From NCBI RefSeq assembly GCF_036321535.1, contig NC_087436.1:32800001-32864000 (forward strand): 64,000 nt of DNA, given 5' to 3'. Position numbers and translations under genes: made by a program. Below, piece by piece: positions 13,720 to 28,095 of the stretch. Within the stretch, counting starts at the first letter, position 1. Each line of letters opens with the position of its first letter. The notes under the pieces were generated by a model, which was not told the DNA's origin, made no database searches, and saw nothing but the letters and a program-made list of their open reading frames with translations. Source of the DNA: Camelus dromedarius (Eukaryota).

Positions 13720-16700
13720 GGGAATAAAGATCAATGAGTTTGCACATATAGCAATAAAAATGTCCCAAAAGAGAGACTAGAGAAATGTAATATACAGAGA
13801 TTTAGTGAGCTGTGGGTAATACCAGACGGTTTCACATATGTGTCATTGGAATCCCAGAAAGAGAGGAGAGATGGGAACAAACAACATTTTAAGAAAAATG
13901 GTCTAAAATTTCATGACCATATTATTATTAATATTGACTCAGAGCAAGGAATATTACCAAGTGTAATGTAGATTTTCATTTCATAATGACAAAGGATCAT
14001 CAAGGGTACTATACAATTCAAAGTAAATGTCTTTATACCTAGTAATAGAGCTCCAGAACACGTGAAGAAAAAATGATAAATGATTAAAAAAGAAAAGAGA
14101 CAAATTCACAATTACAGTCAGATATATTGATGACTGTCGCATAGTAATGTGAAGAACAAGTAGACAAAATCAGTAAGATTACAGAAAACTTTAAAAATGT
14201 TAAAAACCAACTTGACTTAATTGACATTATAAAACATCCTACCAATGACAATAGAATACGTATTTTTTCAATATACACAGAACATTTATGAAGATAGATC
14301 ATGTTCTGGGCTATAAAGAAAGTCTCAATAAATTTTAAATATGTTCTCTAACCATAGCAGAATTAAACTAGAAATGAATGCCAGAAAGATATCTAGAATA
14401 TCTTCAAATATTTATCTGTTGAATAATACAGAGCTACATAACTCATGAGCCCAGAAAGAAAGGACATGTTGTATTAGAAAATATTTTGAAATGAATTAAA
14501 ATTACAGTCTTCCAACGTTTGTAGGAAGAAGTCATAATATTCCTTAGAGAGAAATTTATATTTTTAAATACTTGTATTAAAAAATAGAGTCCTTTTTTAA
14601 AGTCAGTGATTTAAACTGCTCTCTTTAAAAAAAGCTGGAAAAACAAGAACAAATTAAACATAAAATAAAAAGCAAAATAATTGTGAAAATAGCAAAACTC
14701 AAATATAAAACAGACACTAGAGAACATTAACAAAACCAAATGTTGTTATTAAAATGTGAATGTTAATAAAATGGATAATTCTTTAGTCAGGCTCATTAGT
14801 TTAAAAAAAGACACAGATTAAAAAAAAAAAAAAGAGTATCAGGAGTGTAAGATGAGGCATCCTTACCAACATTATAGGTATTAAATGGATAAGAAGGTGA
14901 CGTGATGAACCAGAAAGTTTATGCCATGCATTCTACAATTTAGAGATGAAATAGGCATATTTCTTGAAAGATTAAACTACCAAATTTTCTCAAAAATAAA
15001 AAGTAACTTGAATTTATATTTAAAAGACTTTCTTTAAGGAAAATACCATACCCAGGTAACTTCTTTGGTGAATTTTACCAAGCCCTTAAGGTACAAATAA
15101 TACTTAACATATACAAACTCTTCTAGAAAGTAGAAGTGAAAGGATTTCTCAATTTATTTTATGAGGCTTACATTACTCTGATAACAGTACCAGATGAAGA
15201 TATCACTAGAAAAGGAAATGATAGACCAATATGCTATATGAAGATAGATGTAAAAATCCATTAAAAATTTTTAGCAAATTGGATCCAACAAAACATAAAA
15301 AAATCAGTACATCATGACTAAGAGGTCTTTATCCCAAGGAAGCAATTGTGGTTTATCATGGTGAGTAAATAAATATTTATATTTTATATATATGATCTTA
15401 ATAAATGCTGAAAAAGTATTTGCAAAATTCAACACCCATTTATTTTACAAACTCTAAACAAAATAAAAATAGAAGGAAACTTCATCAACTTGATAAAGGG
15501 CATATACTAAAAATTATAACTAGTTTTATATGTGATTTTGAGAGATCAAATGCTTTTGTCTTAAATGAGAAATAAGGCAAGTTTGTCTTCTCCTACTGTT
15601 ACTATTTCCCGTTGTTACTGGAGATTCACATTGTTATTGGAAATAAATAGCATATGGACTGGAAAGGAAGAAATACAGCTGTCTTTCTTTGGAGACAATT
15701 TGGCTGTCTATGGAGAAAACATACAGAATTTATTAAAAAAAAAAAACTTGCAGGACTAATATTTGTGTCCAAAAAGATCACAAGTTAAGATGCCAATTTA
15801 TGAAAATCTTTTGTGTTTCCAGATTAGCAGTGAATAATTAGAAATAGGGAATAAACATCAAAGTGCCATTTGCAATAGCATAAAAACCTGAAGTAATTAA
15901 GAATAAATGTATAAAAATGTGTGCAATATCTGTGTACCAAAAATTGCAAAATACTACTGAGACCAATTGAAGACCATCTAAATAAAGAAAGAGATACTCT
16001 CCTCATGTAATCAGAAGACTATAATAAAAAGTGTTACTTCTTCTCAAGTTGATTTATTATTCAGTGTAATCCCAATAAAAATTATAAAAGGTTATTTTTT
16101 ATTTAGAATCTGACAATCTGATTCTGATATAAATATGGAAATACGAGGATCTTAGGTGACCAAAATAGTATGGAAAAGAAAATCAAAGTTAGAGGACTTA
16201 TACTACCTAATTTAAAGACTTAACTATAAAACTGTAATAATTAAAACAGTACAGTATTTGTTTAAGGACAGATCTGTGGATGAGTCAAACAGAATAAATA
16301 GTCCAGAAATAGAACCACATGTATATATGCCAAGGTAATTTAATGAATGAATATTCTATCTAAAAAAATGGTGTTAAAATAATTTGGTATGTGTTTGCAA
16401 AAACCAGACCTTTATATGATTTTTACTTTAACCCATTAAAATTTTTTTTATTCAGAGTGGATCAGAAATTTCAATATAAGAACTTAAACTGTAAATGTTC
16501 TAGAAAAAATATTGGAGAAAGTCTTTGTGAAATAATGTTAGGCAAAGATTTTTTTGAGAGGTCACAAAATGGAGGAACCATAAAATAAAACTTTGGTAAA
16601 TTGGACTTCATCAAAATAAAAAAAAAATTTGCTTATTGAAAAGACACTTAAGAAAATGAAGATGCAAGGCATAGACTTGAGAAAATAGTCAATATATATA

Positions 16701-17490
16701 TATCTAAGAGACGATGTGAAACATAATATGTTCAAATTTTTTCCATTCAAGAAGACAAAAAACTCTTATTAATAAATGGGCAAATATTTGGACAGACACT
16801 TTACCAAAAAGCTGTATCAGGGCAGTTATGCAATGGAAATATGGTCAACATTATTAGTTATGAGAAATATGAGACTGCAATTAAATGCCATTACCCACCC
16901 ACTAGAGTGACTAAATTTAGAAAAGCTAAATAGTTATCATATGATCTGCTAATTCCTTTCCTAGATACTTACCCAAGAGAAATAAAAAGATATGTGAGTG
17001 AAAAAGCTCTTTTGTGAACATCTCTAGCTACTTTATTTATAACATCCCCAAACGGAAAATAATCCAAATATCAATCAACTGGTGAATGGATATATAAATT
17101 GTGATATATCTATACAATTGAATACTAATCAACAATAAAATAAAAAAATCAGTGATACACACAACATAAATTTCAGAAATATTCTGCTGTATGATAAGAA
17201 ACAGGTACAAAAGACTAGGCAATGTGTGATTTTATTTATATGACATTTTACAAAGGAAAAACTATAGTGACAGAGAAGATTAGGGATTGCGTGGTGATGA
17301 GCCAGTGGAAAGGGGATCTGACTGCAAAGAGGCATGAGGAAATGTTTTTGAGGTCATGGAAATGTTCTGTATCTTGATTTTGGTGGCTATTATGTGACTG
17401 TATACATTTGTAAAAACATTGATTTATACCCTTAAAGTTAGCGAATTTTATCGTATGGAAATTATACTTCAATAAAATTCATTAAAAATA
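13720..17490 (+). mobile_element. Ancient L1M (L1ME/L1MD-like), degraded ORF2 to 3' end
   Basis: A-rich, colinear decayed ORF2 landmarks; L1M-type 3'UTR ending aaattatacttcaataaa. Confidence 0.85.
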
Positions 17491-18879
17491 CTGAGTAGAT
17501 GTTATTTCCATAGTGTGTTTCTTTGAGACACTGGTTTTGAAAACATGTCAAAGAGTGTTAAAATGCTCATTTATATAAAGGTTGGAATCTTACTCTCCTG
17601 ATCCAGTAAGTATATTTGATTATCTTATTGCAGTGATACAGTTTCTATAAAGACTATATGACTATATACTACTCTAATTAACTAGATTCTTCTATTTAGG
17701 CAGCACAAGGTCCCAGGCCAGAGAAAGCTTGAAGAAGATAGTGACAAAAATGGAGACATTTAATGAATCAGCTCAAATCTGGCAGTGGGTCACTATTTAG
17801 ATATGACTAGAAAAAAAATTCTTGTATCAAAAATCAGAAACACATTATTGAAATATCTGCATCAAACTTTAAAGAAATATTAGGAGAGACAAGCATGATG
17901 AAGGTCACTGAGCCTCTACAAGATATGAAGCTCCCATATGGGTTGGTCATCTAGTCTTGAGAGGAAATTCTAGAGATGGATTGATAAGGAAATCTGACAT
18001 GAAGTTTTAGTTTAAAAATCTTGGTGAGGAAGCTGGAGAGAAGGCTGTCACAAGAAAGAGAACTGTCATCTTTCTTTATTTCACACCACTGCTATGTCCA
18101 AGTTTCCAGCCACACTGTCTTGGGCTAAAACAATTGCTGGCAACTCCATTTTTCTTTGCTGATGTATAATCACTTACAGTTTATTTGTGTGGATATATTT
18201 TTCCCTTTCCATTGGCATTTTTGAGTTTTGTATTATTAGATTCTATCCCTCAATGTGAACTACTTAGTGGTTTATTAGGGACAAGTGTGACCACTGCCTC
18301 TGGAAGATGCCAGAGTGGTGTATGTACACCATGATGAGGTTTTAGCTGAGGTGAATGGTATGTTAGCTTTGGCCTTGAGTTCTTCAGGGATCATGATTAA
18401 AAGTTGTTGAGGGAGACATATTGCTCTTTTTAGGTTTCCAATTTTGTGGCTTTCCTGTGGAGTTGGACTAGTTTTCATCAACAGCTGTAGTTAATTTTCA
18501 GGAGCTAGGAGTAGCCATTTTTGAGGCAAATCTTCCCCTGTCTTTGAATGGTGAATGAAGTTTTTGACTCTTTGGTTGCTGTCGTGTGTGCTTTTTTAAA
18601 TTTCCTTAATTGAGGACTGATTAGAAGTGATTGGCTTGGATTTTTTGTAAACTAAGCAGAGGCCTAGAGGATGTTCAATGACGCTTCATGTAACCAGTGA
18701 GGATTCCCACATAAGTAGTTGGGAAGAGGCCGTTTGGGTGAGATGTAGAGACAAGAAAGGATAATAATTGGTTGATGTTTAGTATTTGTCTATAGTTGTC
18801 ACTTACCATAGCTCTGGATGGGAGTTTTAAAGTGTACATGACACAGTTCCTTATATATGAGGAGTAAAGTGGCTGATTC

Positions 18880-19752
18880 AACTTTTTCATATATTTTAGG
18901 TGCAATTTACATTCAGTAAATTATGAATATAAATTTTAGTTAGTACATAGCTCTGTGAGTTTTGACAAACACATATAATCATGTAAGCACCACTGTCATC
19001 AAGATACAGAACTGTTCCAGTGCCTCCTAAAATTTTTCTATTCCCCTTTGTAGTTAACTCTTCCCCTGATTTTAATGTTTGTTTTTTCCAGAAAGTCATA
19101 TAAATTCAATCACATAGTATACAGATTTTTGAGTTAGCATCTTTTACTTAGCATAATGTGTTTGAGACTCATTCATGTTGTTGTGTGTATCAGTAATTAA
19201 TCCATTCATATTGGTGAATGGTATCCCATTGTATAGATATATCACAGTTTATTTATTCACCAGTTGAAGGATATTTGGATTGTTTCTAGATTTTGGAGAT
19301 TATAAATAAAGCTGCTGTAAATACCCACATGGTGATTAATTTTAGGTGTCAACTTGACTGGGCAACAGAGTACCCACATATTTGGTCAACCATTATTCTG
19401 AGTATTTCTGTGAGGGTTATTTTGGATGAAATTAACACTTATAATCGATGGACTTTGAGTAAAGCAGATTACTCTCCTTAATATGCATGGGCCTCATCCA
19501 AACACTTGAAGATTTGATTAGAACAAAAAGGCTGGCCTTCATTCTTGTTCCCCACAAGAAAGAATTCTCCAGTAGACTGCCTTTGGAGTTCATCTGCAAC
19601 ATTGGCTTTTTCCTGGTTCTAAATCAGATGACCTTTGGACTCAAACTAGACTGTCAACTCTCCTGGGTCTCTAACCTGCTGGCCCACACTGCAGATTTTG
19701 GACCTTGCTAGCTTCTATAATCTTGTGCACCAATTCTTTGTAATAAATCTCT

Positions 19753-19804
<52 letters not shown>

Positions 19805-20090
19805 TCTGTTGGTTCTGTTTCTCTGGAGAACCCTGACTGATATAACCTACATACAAGTTTTCATGTGGACATAAATTTTCATTTCACTTGGGTAAGTATC
19901 TAGAAGTGGCATTGCTGGGTCATATGGTAAAGGCATGTTTAACTTTATAAGAAACTGCCAGACTATTTTCATTAGTGGCTATGCTATTTTGCATTCATAC
20001 CAGCAATACGTGGGAATTACCATTGCTCTGCATCCTTTCAAACACTTGGTATTTTCAATATTTCATTAAAAAATTTAGCCATTCTAAATT
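18880..20090 (-). mobile_element. Old L1M (L1MB/MC/MD-like) 3' end interrupted by an MLT2 LTR
   Basis: Typical L1 3' landmarks (ttactta gcataatg; ctgggtcatatggtaa; ataccagcaat) on both sides of the LTR. Confidence 0.8.
19330..19844 (+). mobile_element. MLT2-type (ERVL) solo LTR with internal (TA)n(CA)n
   Basis: Starts ttaattttaggtgtcaacttgactggg; ends tctctggagaaccctgactgatata. Confidence 0.85.
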
Positions 20091-20264
20091 TTTTTCTTAA
20101 TTATGTTTTTGAGTAAGGGTATGTTGAACTTGGAGATGGTCTGGGAGAGCCCTGTCTTTATTTTCTGGTTATCTTGATATCTGGTACTGACTTCTTGGTC
20201 AAGAAAAGGATGAAACCACTAAATAATGATAAGTAAGTTGCTGTTCTAAGCCTAATGCACCCCT

Positions 20265-20915
20265 GGAATGGTTTTAAAGTATGTTCACAAGGTACTTGAT
20301 ATGCCTGCCTTCAAGAGATAAAGCTTAATTCCTCACCACCCCCCAAAGAAAGAATAGGCTGTCCTTAGTGATTCACTTTTAATGAGTAGCTAAAATAGAA
20401 TTGATGGTGTGTAACTTTCAAGACTAAAAGGCTCCCTCCTTGGTTCCCTTTTTCTGGATTACTCCCTCGGGGGAAAACCAGTGGGCTGCCACATTGTGAA
20501 GACACTCAAGAAACTGTATGGGGCAGCCCTTGTAGGGAGGAACTGAGACCTCTTTCTGAGAACTAGTAAAGAACTGAAGTCTCTTGCTAAGACTCATGTG
20601 AATGAGCTATTTTGGAAGTGGATCCCCCAGCCCCCCAGATTACTACATCGTCAGCCAACATCTGAAGTACAACCTCATGAGAGGCACTGGGGCAGATCCC
20701 CCCAGCTAAGCTGCTCCTGAATAACTGATTCATAAAGATGATGAGATGATAAAAGTTGGTTGTTTAAGCTACTAAGTAAGGGGTAGATTGTTACACAGGC
20801 ATAGATAACGAATATAGGTTTTGGTACTGGATTTGGGGTGCTATTATAACAAACATCTAAGAATCTGGATATGACTTTAGAATCAGACAGTGACCAGAAG
20901 TCGGAGGGACTTTGT
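20265..20915 (+). mobile_element. MLT1F-like MaLR LTR plus the start of its internal region
   Basis: LTR ends gttacacaggcatagataacgaatata (about 20816), followed by ggttttggtact...ggggtgctattataacaaacatctaag, which resembles the MaLR-int start. Confidence 0.72.
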
Positions 20916-22274
20916 TATTAATTATTCTGACAGAGTCTCAGATACTCCCCCAAATTATTGTTCTTGCTTTGCTATAAATATAGGTTCTACCTGATTTTAG
21001 TTTCTTTTAAATAGATTTTACAATGACAGACTCAAATTATGTACAGAGGACCATTTGTTTTAGGACTTTAAAAATGTCATACAGTTAACAAGTAAAACCA
21101 TAAATCGTGAAACACCCTTATCCAATTTCTTGAATATCTCCTTTTTTAGTGATTACTGTAACAGTAGGAAGTCCTTGTCTCAATTTTTGTTTTAAATTTT
21201 AATCTCAGTATGAGTTTTTAAGGTAAAGAAGTTTGGTTGGAAATAACTGATTATCTAGTTCCAAAAGATATCTCTTGGGTATAATGCACGCACCCAAGTC
21301 TCACAGACTAGATTTACCACTTAAGGAGTTTAGTATCATTGATGGATATTTTACGTGTACATTCTTTAAGCCTCAAATTTAATTTCTTTGGCAATCCAAG
21401 CTATTCTTTGTATAGGAGAAGCCAGATTCTCCTTCAATCTGGAGGCCCTATGCTATACTAATATATCATGCCTGCCTTCAGTCAATTCCATAGTGCTACA
21501 TAAATTGCTGAGTTCTGCTTTTTGGCTTTTTCCTGGCCAAGGTGTGAAGAGGCCCAGGAGAGAGAGGAAAGTAAATCAGAATGTGTATACTGTCTTTTCC
21601 TCTCAATAACCATGTCTGAGTTAATCCTTGGCAAAGCTGAAGCACCCTCTTTCCCATGGTTGAGTCTCATTTCTTTCTGTTCTGGGGTCATGATGCACAG
21701 ATTTAAACTTATATTGAATCATTAATATCCAGAATTGACAGGGAAAAGGAGAAAAGTACTATTGAGGAGCTACCAGACACCATTTATATCACACAGGAGC
21801 TTAAAGGTATATCAGATTGGCTGGCACAGTTTGGCCAAACTTATGTTGTTAAGTATTGATCAGGATCTCAGTCAGTCCTGCTATAACTGTCCTACCTCAA
21901 CTTGGAAGAAATTGTTGAAGGTCACTCTCATGGAATATGTGAAACTGATACTTTGCACTTGGGTAGAAAATCTGGCTTGTTTCCTGTAAATCTTCTGGTG
22001 GGTCATGGTACACAATATTCAATACAATTTGAATATTAGCTCTGGACCCCTGACAGTCCCCTGAAGTAGGCATCCAAGGCATATTTGCTAGACCTTAACT
22101 CTGCTTTTGTGGGAAGTCATTCCTTCTCACATTGTTTCTTTATTGTCATGAACTCATTGTCACTTAAGTGACTTTTGCCAGTGATGGGTTCATAAATGAT
22201 GAGAATACCTGGCACAGATTAAGCCACTGTGTGTATGTGTGAAATATTCTGTGTTAGTTGTGTCATTGTATAGT

Positions 22275-22695
22275 GTGCTGGTTTGGTTTTCCAGGAAGCA
22301 TACTTCATGATAGATTTAGGAGTGCAAAAGGCTTATTTGGATTTAACATCTGTGAAAGGAAAAGGAAGGAAGCAGGATTGGGCAGGATGAGTCATTAGAC
22401 TGTATTATGGACCTGTTAAGTTTCTGCCAGCCCATTGGGGAGCTCTATTACAAAAGTCATCATTTGGAGTGATTCTGCATTAGACCAAAATACTTAGGCT
22501 CTTGTACCACACTCTTTATCAGTCATTAGTTAGGGGTCACCTTGAGAACTATTGACCTTGGTTCTAAAGCTGAGACAGACCCTGAAGAGCTATCTGCTGA
22601 AGGCTGTCAGCTAACAACTTTTCTTTTCCCCCTGAACTTGGAGCACTTTTTTGAAGAGGGATCTGAGCAACACATCTTCATGTCTGCTACACGTG
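22275..22695 (-). mobile_element. LTR16-like ERVL LTR
   Basis: acatctgtgaaaggaaaaggaaggaagcaggattgggcag...ggggagctct. Confidence 0.65.
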
Positions 22696-23437
22696 GTTAA
22701 AGGCAAATCTTGTTTTGGATGTTTACTGTGCTATCCTTACGTCAATTAGGTCTCAGAGATATAGCTATAATATGTACATAGATGCATAGATTTAGAGATA
22801 CAGTAAAGCCTTATCTGTGAAATAATTTGTTAATAAAAATGAAATTCGAAGTAGAAAATGATAAAATGTTAAAAATAATGCAGATCTATTTTAACTTAAT
22901 GTTATTTTATTTGCCGATCTTTTATGTAGGGACAAAGCCTTTTCTTTGAGTATGAATCTTCTGGTTAGAATTCCATTTTATCTTTCATGCATAGGGAATA
23001 CCAATAAAACGTGACCTAGAATTTGCAGTTTTGTTTTCTTAAAGCAGAGCACCACTTTATATACTGTGAAGCAATCTGAGTACAGGATTTCCAAGTATTT
23101 ATGATTTTTCCATCAATATTTCACGGTTGTTTTTGTACCAGTTTAATTCAATAGTGTTTTAAAATGATTTAATTTAGACTTTTCAAGTCATCTGACCTAA
23201 TTTTTATTGAAACAACTTCCTCTCTTTTTGCACTAATTTTTACTCAACTTAGACTATATTTAATGAAATTCATTGTATAAGGTATAAATGGGTTAGAGAA
23301 TAAACAGAGTAGACTTTGGTATGTGTATGACTTAATAGGTGAGAACAGAAGTTTTCCGGCTTTCTGGAGAGGGTATAGTAGTGGTGAACACTATAATCAG
23401 AATGTTTTGTAGAGGTGAAAGAGAGTGTCTCTAAATC

Positions 23438-23466
23438 AAACAAACAAACAAACAAACAAACAAACA
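23438..23466. repeat. (AAAC)n microsatellite
   Basis: About 7 units. Confidence 0.9.
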
Positions 23467-25831
23467 AAAAGGGAGCTTTTAAAGATATAGCTATATCTCC
23501 AACTGCATCTGTAATTACAGCTATATCTGTTAAAGGACATTCTAGAACAATAATTACTTTGTTACAAAAGAGGGATGTGGGCCCAAATCACTACCAAATG
23601 TCTTTTGTGAACTGGGCTGGGCTGTGAGAGAGTCTCAGGATGTCTTCTGACTTACTAGTGTAAAGCCTGGACTAAGGTAGCAGTGATTAGGCTGTTAGAT
23701 TCTTTTTGCCCCAGGCCCTATTCTGTTCTGGTTGGCCATCCAAGGGCCTCCCTCTAAGTGGGAGTCTTCCTTGGCTCCTTTCACAATACCAACCGCCTAT
23801 GATAAAGTGAGCCAAGAGAGAACTTTAGAAAAGAGGTAAGAGTTCAAAGAGGAGAAACATTTTCTCCCAGATCAGTTCTATTTATTATCACTTTACTCCT
23901 CTGCCTAAAAGTTCCATCCTTAACTTCATGTCCTTGAAAGAGTCCATTTTCCCCTGACTTTTGGAATTGAAGAGAGGAAGCCTTAAGAGCCCTTAAAGGT
24001 TAGCATGTGCCATGAACATTTTTATGCATATTTTTAAGGTTAATAGAAATGGACCTTTCTTCCATTAATTTTTGTGGATGGTTTGATTCTGGGCTGTTTG
24101 AATAATGTTTGCAAACATCTGCCTGGAATATCCTACCAACCTGGAATGACTAATTATACCTACCATCCTAGTTTTCATATTTAAGGGAAGGAACTGTGGA
24201 GAGCAGGTAGCTAGTCATATGATTCAAGGTCTCTGGATGATGATGAGTTAAACTGAAAACCTTGATAAGAGGCTGTAAAGTCCTGCTTCAGTTAGAGATA
24301 CAACAGACATAAGAGCTACGATAGCCTGATGCCCCTTATGCATCCCAGAATTGATTTCTGGGAAGAGATTCATTCTCAGTGCTAAGATATTTCAACAGCT
24401 TTCACTGTTTCTCCTCATTTTATGGGCACTGTAATTTACATTTTCTTTTAATTTACAGATATGTGAGGACACTGTCTGGGGACTTGTGGTATCAAATAGA
24501 ATACCATAACAGGATGTTTTTAAAAAGAAAGGAAATTTTCCTCACTGACTTCTTTCCTAACCTTTGAACTGGTTTAAATAAAACACAATAATTGTTATGG
24601 TTAGGTGTAAAGTTTTTAGGTTAATGTTATTACATTGGTCAAAATGATCACCTGTTGTGCAAAGCTCCTATACTTACGTTTAGCCATGACAATTTGAAGA
24701 CATTTAAATAGGAATGCGGTTACATAGTCAGAGCAATTCCTAGGGTCTATGTGTTTGCCAGATGGACCTGTACCAGGGGTTCTTTGGGTAAGGAAGAGAA
24801 GAGTGGAGAGTGTATTAAGGTTGCTGTTGCGTTACTGTCATGGTCCTTGCTGTAGTTTGTTTTGAAAGAGGTTTTACAAAACTGACCTGCTGTTAAACCC
24901 ATCCATGGCTTGGGGCTTTTTGAGAAGATTCACTCTTCAGAATGGGGCAATTCTTTTTCTAGGCATTAAGAGATAAGTTTTCCATAAGCCACACTAATTA
25001 GTACATAGTTTTTGTTTTGTCAGGGATAAAGGACTGTTAACAAAGAAAGCAAAAGCTCATGTTTGGAGAAAAAGGCCAGGAGCCATGCATGGCCTGTTAC
25101 CGGGGGCTTCTGTATTTAAGTGGCAGCAGGACCCTGCTCCTCACAGGAGCCACAGTCTTTTTGGATGCTCAACTCCCATCAAATGCCTTTGGAAGGTCTT
25201 TTAGTCTTACTTTGGTCTCAAGATAAGACAGTATCTTCAGTGGACCTCTTTGCTTTTCCTGTATAAAATTTTCATTTTCTACCTCGTTTTATTATTACCA
25301 TCATGTTTTTACTTTGGGTTGCTGCATTAATTACTTACATGTACCTACTTAAGGGCAGGTACATAACAAAAGTTTAGAGCCCAAATGTAGTTGAAGTGAA
25401 ATAATCTTTATGCCTTATGAAAATACACAAGTGAGTCATTCTTTATTGGAACTAAAGGCTCAAGTTAAAAATTTTTTCCCATAATCTTTTAAACATATGT
25501 TCAACAGAGATTAAAAAAATCTGTTTAGGCTGGAATCTTCTACTAAGTTAATAAAATGTTAATGTTTTCCCATGTTATGAGTTTAGACATTTCTAGGATC
25601 CTAAAGTTGCAGTGGCTAAAACTCAAGCTGAGACAATGCTAACACTGGAGTAAGGAGTGTGGGAAAAGGAGAGGCACTTGGAAATTCCGTTTTATCTCTG
25701 CTGTTTTCACTTTCTTATGTTTGGTTGTAACCAGGCAGTTCCAATTGCATAGAGTCTCCTCTCCAGAATGTCTGCTTTACTCTTACATAGAAGTAGATTA
25801 AAGGAACTGGTGTGTGGTATGCGGAAAAGGG

Positions 25832-25832
<1 letters not shown>

Positions 25833-25876
<44 letters not shown>
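25833..25876. repeat. (TG)n microsatellite
   Basis: About 22 perfect units. Confidence 0.95.
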
Positions 25877-25878
<2 letters not shown>

Positions 25879-27769
25879 AATATTGCAGACTTTTGAGTAA
25901 GAGCAGGTTGATTTTATGTTTATTTTCTAGGAGTACATAAGAATACATACAGTAATGACCCCAGAGCTAAAACTCTAAGTTTTAGAGAAAGTAAAAATTT
26001 GGAATTTAAAGAAACATGGTAACATGCCATTTCTTATGTTTTCTCTCTTTGGGGGACTGTTTTTTGTTTGTTTGTTTTTTCTTTATGCTGTGGCTCAACT
26101 TTTTTCTGTCTTTAAATGAGAGAGCTTTTGGTATTTATTGATAGCTGAGAACATTCATCTTTCATCCCAAATAGACAAGATTGACACCTTTGAGGTCCCC
26201 GGCACACATACACACCCAAATCTGCACAAATAGCTTTTGGGGCTACTCTGTCATCGGGGAACCTATTTTCAGGAGAAATGGATGAGGTAATGTCTGTAGG
26301 AACTTTGAAAAAGCTAAGCACCAAAAATAAAATATTTTTAGAAGAACTTATTACTTTGGACAGGCGAGACCTAAATGTGTAATGTAGAGCCAAGTGAGGA
26401 GAACACAGAATTATGGTGCCAGTCAAAAGCAGCACTGTGATCTTGGATGGGTGCTGAGACCTGAGGAATCAAAGGGTTGCATGGAAGGCACAGAAAGAGA
26501 GCAGAGGAGAATCAAGGACTGAATTAAATGACCAATAGAGACCAAAAAGCCTGGGAAGGTCGAAGATCACAGGTGGTAGCAAAGGAAGCAGGAGTTGGGA
26601 CTCTCATTACCTTACTTTCTTTAATCAGGCTGTTCTTTATTTTAAAAAGTGTTTTCTCTGTTTTCCTTTGCCATTTGTTTTCTTGTGTTCTCCATTTCAA
26701 TTTATTGCTTATATTTACTTTCTTATCTACACCCTGAGTAACACTGAGGAATAATCCTCAAACATTGCTTTCCTCATCAGTGGTGTACAGTTAAAATCTT
26801 TGTCTATTATAGTAAATTTGAAAGTGTTTAAAAAGATATCTTTCAAATGAAAGATTATTAGAAGAGCAATTGTAAAATAGTTGAAATTATAGTAATTGAA
26901 GTTGGAGTTGGAGGAAAGGGGCCTAGAATGTTCCCCGCTCAGATTTTCCCCTCCTGGGGATCTAGGAGGCTCCCCTAACTCCCTGATTGTTGGATAAAAT
27001 CTAGACTGCAGTTGACATTCAGAGGTTTTGGTACAATGCACTAATTTATATAAAAATTCTTGGTCACTCATTCTTATAATACTCACTCCTCTTTCCTATA
27101 ATACTTGACTAACCTCATTCCTCATTAGTTTTAAGTGTACCTCTGCTTTTCCACTTGGGCTCTTGCCACACTGTTCTTATATCTCTGTTTATATTTTACA
27201 TGCTCTTTCCCCCATAATGGTCTTCAGCTGAACTGTGGGCAGCTCCTTTGGACGTGATTAAACCCAGAGAGGTTCAGCTGCTCTTGACCTATGTCACCAT
27301 ATTCTGCTTTTCCTTCTACCCCATGCTCTTTCACTGCCATTCACGCCCTTATTATTTCTAATCATCCACAGCATCTGAAGACTTTCAGCTTAAAAGCCCA
27401 ACATTACTCAATGTCTGAAGCAATCTGGGACTAGAGTATAGAAACTTTACTATAAGAGGTATCATCTCTGATAGGTAGAGCCTGGAATTATTCCTGCTGC
27501 CCAAACCCTAGAATTTTACCTGAATAGAGTGAGCTGTTGTATACTGCTTGGTCCGTATGATTGCTCATTTGTCTCAGTGGCATATTTGCCCTTCAGTTGA
27601 GGACAGACTTCAGTGTTTGAATCTACCTAACTTTGATGTTTCCCTCTCCTGGGAATTAGATCTTATTTCTGTCAATGCAGATTCTAGTTGAAAGCATGCT
27701 TTAACAGGGTCAATAGTGTCGTCAGTCCCTGGACAGTGAGTTTCTTTGAATCAGTTCCAGGAGTATTTT

Positions 27770-28095
27770 CTATGTAGTTTCTTTGCATAAGCTGGTTTGG
27801 GCTTCCTTACAGCATGGTAGCCTCAGGGCAGTTGGATTGTTTTTATGGTGTCTCAGTGCTTTGATTTAACTGTCTAGCAAGCAAGATGGAAGTTGCATTT
27901 ATTGACCTCACTTTAGAAGTTATGTAGCATCACTTCTACCACATTTTGGTGGTTGCAGGGAAGACATTAGCCCTCCCAGATTCAAGGGTGAGGGAATTAG
28001 ACCCCACGTTGTGATGGGGCATGTCAAGGTTCTACAAAAATTCTAAGACAGGAGATATTTTGCAGCCATCTTTGGAAAATACTGGCTGCCACAGC
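27770..28095 (-). mobile_element. MLT1-type LTR fragment
   Basis: gggcttccttacagcatggtagcctcagggcag...cagattcaaggg...cagccatctttggaaaat...ccaca. Confidence 0.65.

Noticed and set aside
17700..18065. Purine-rich, coding-like stretch after an acceptor
   Set aside because: Multiple stops; more likely a decayed ancient LINE that I cannot assign.
23715..23835. AG...GTAAGA 121-nt exon-like segment open in one frame
   Set aside because: Not frame-preserving and the peptide is unrecognisable; expected by chance.
25024..25204. Acceptor followed by an open frame of about 60 codons
   Set aside because: No good donor and no recognisable homology.
26778..27045. Possible old hAT-type element starting cagtggtgtac
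   Set aside because: Matching terminal repeat is poor and no 8-bp TSD was found.
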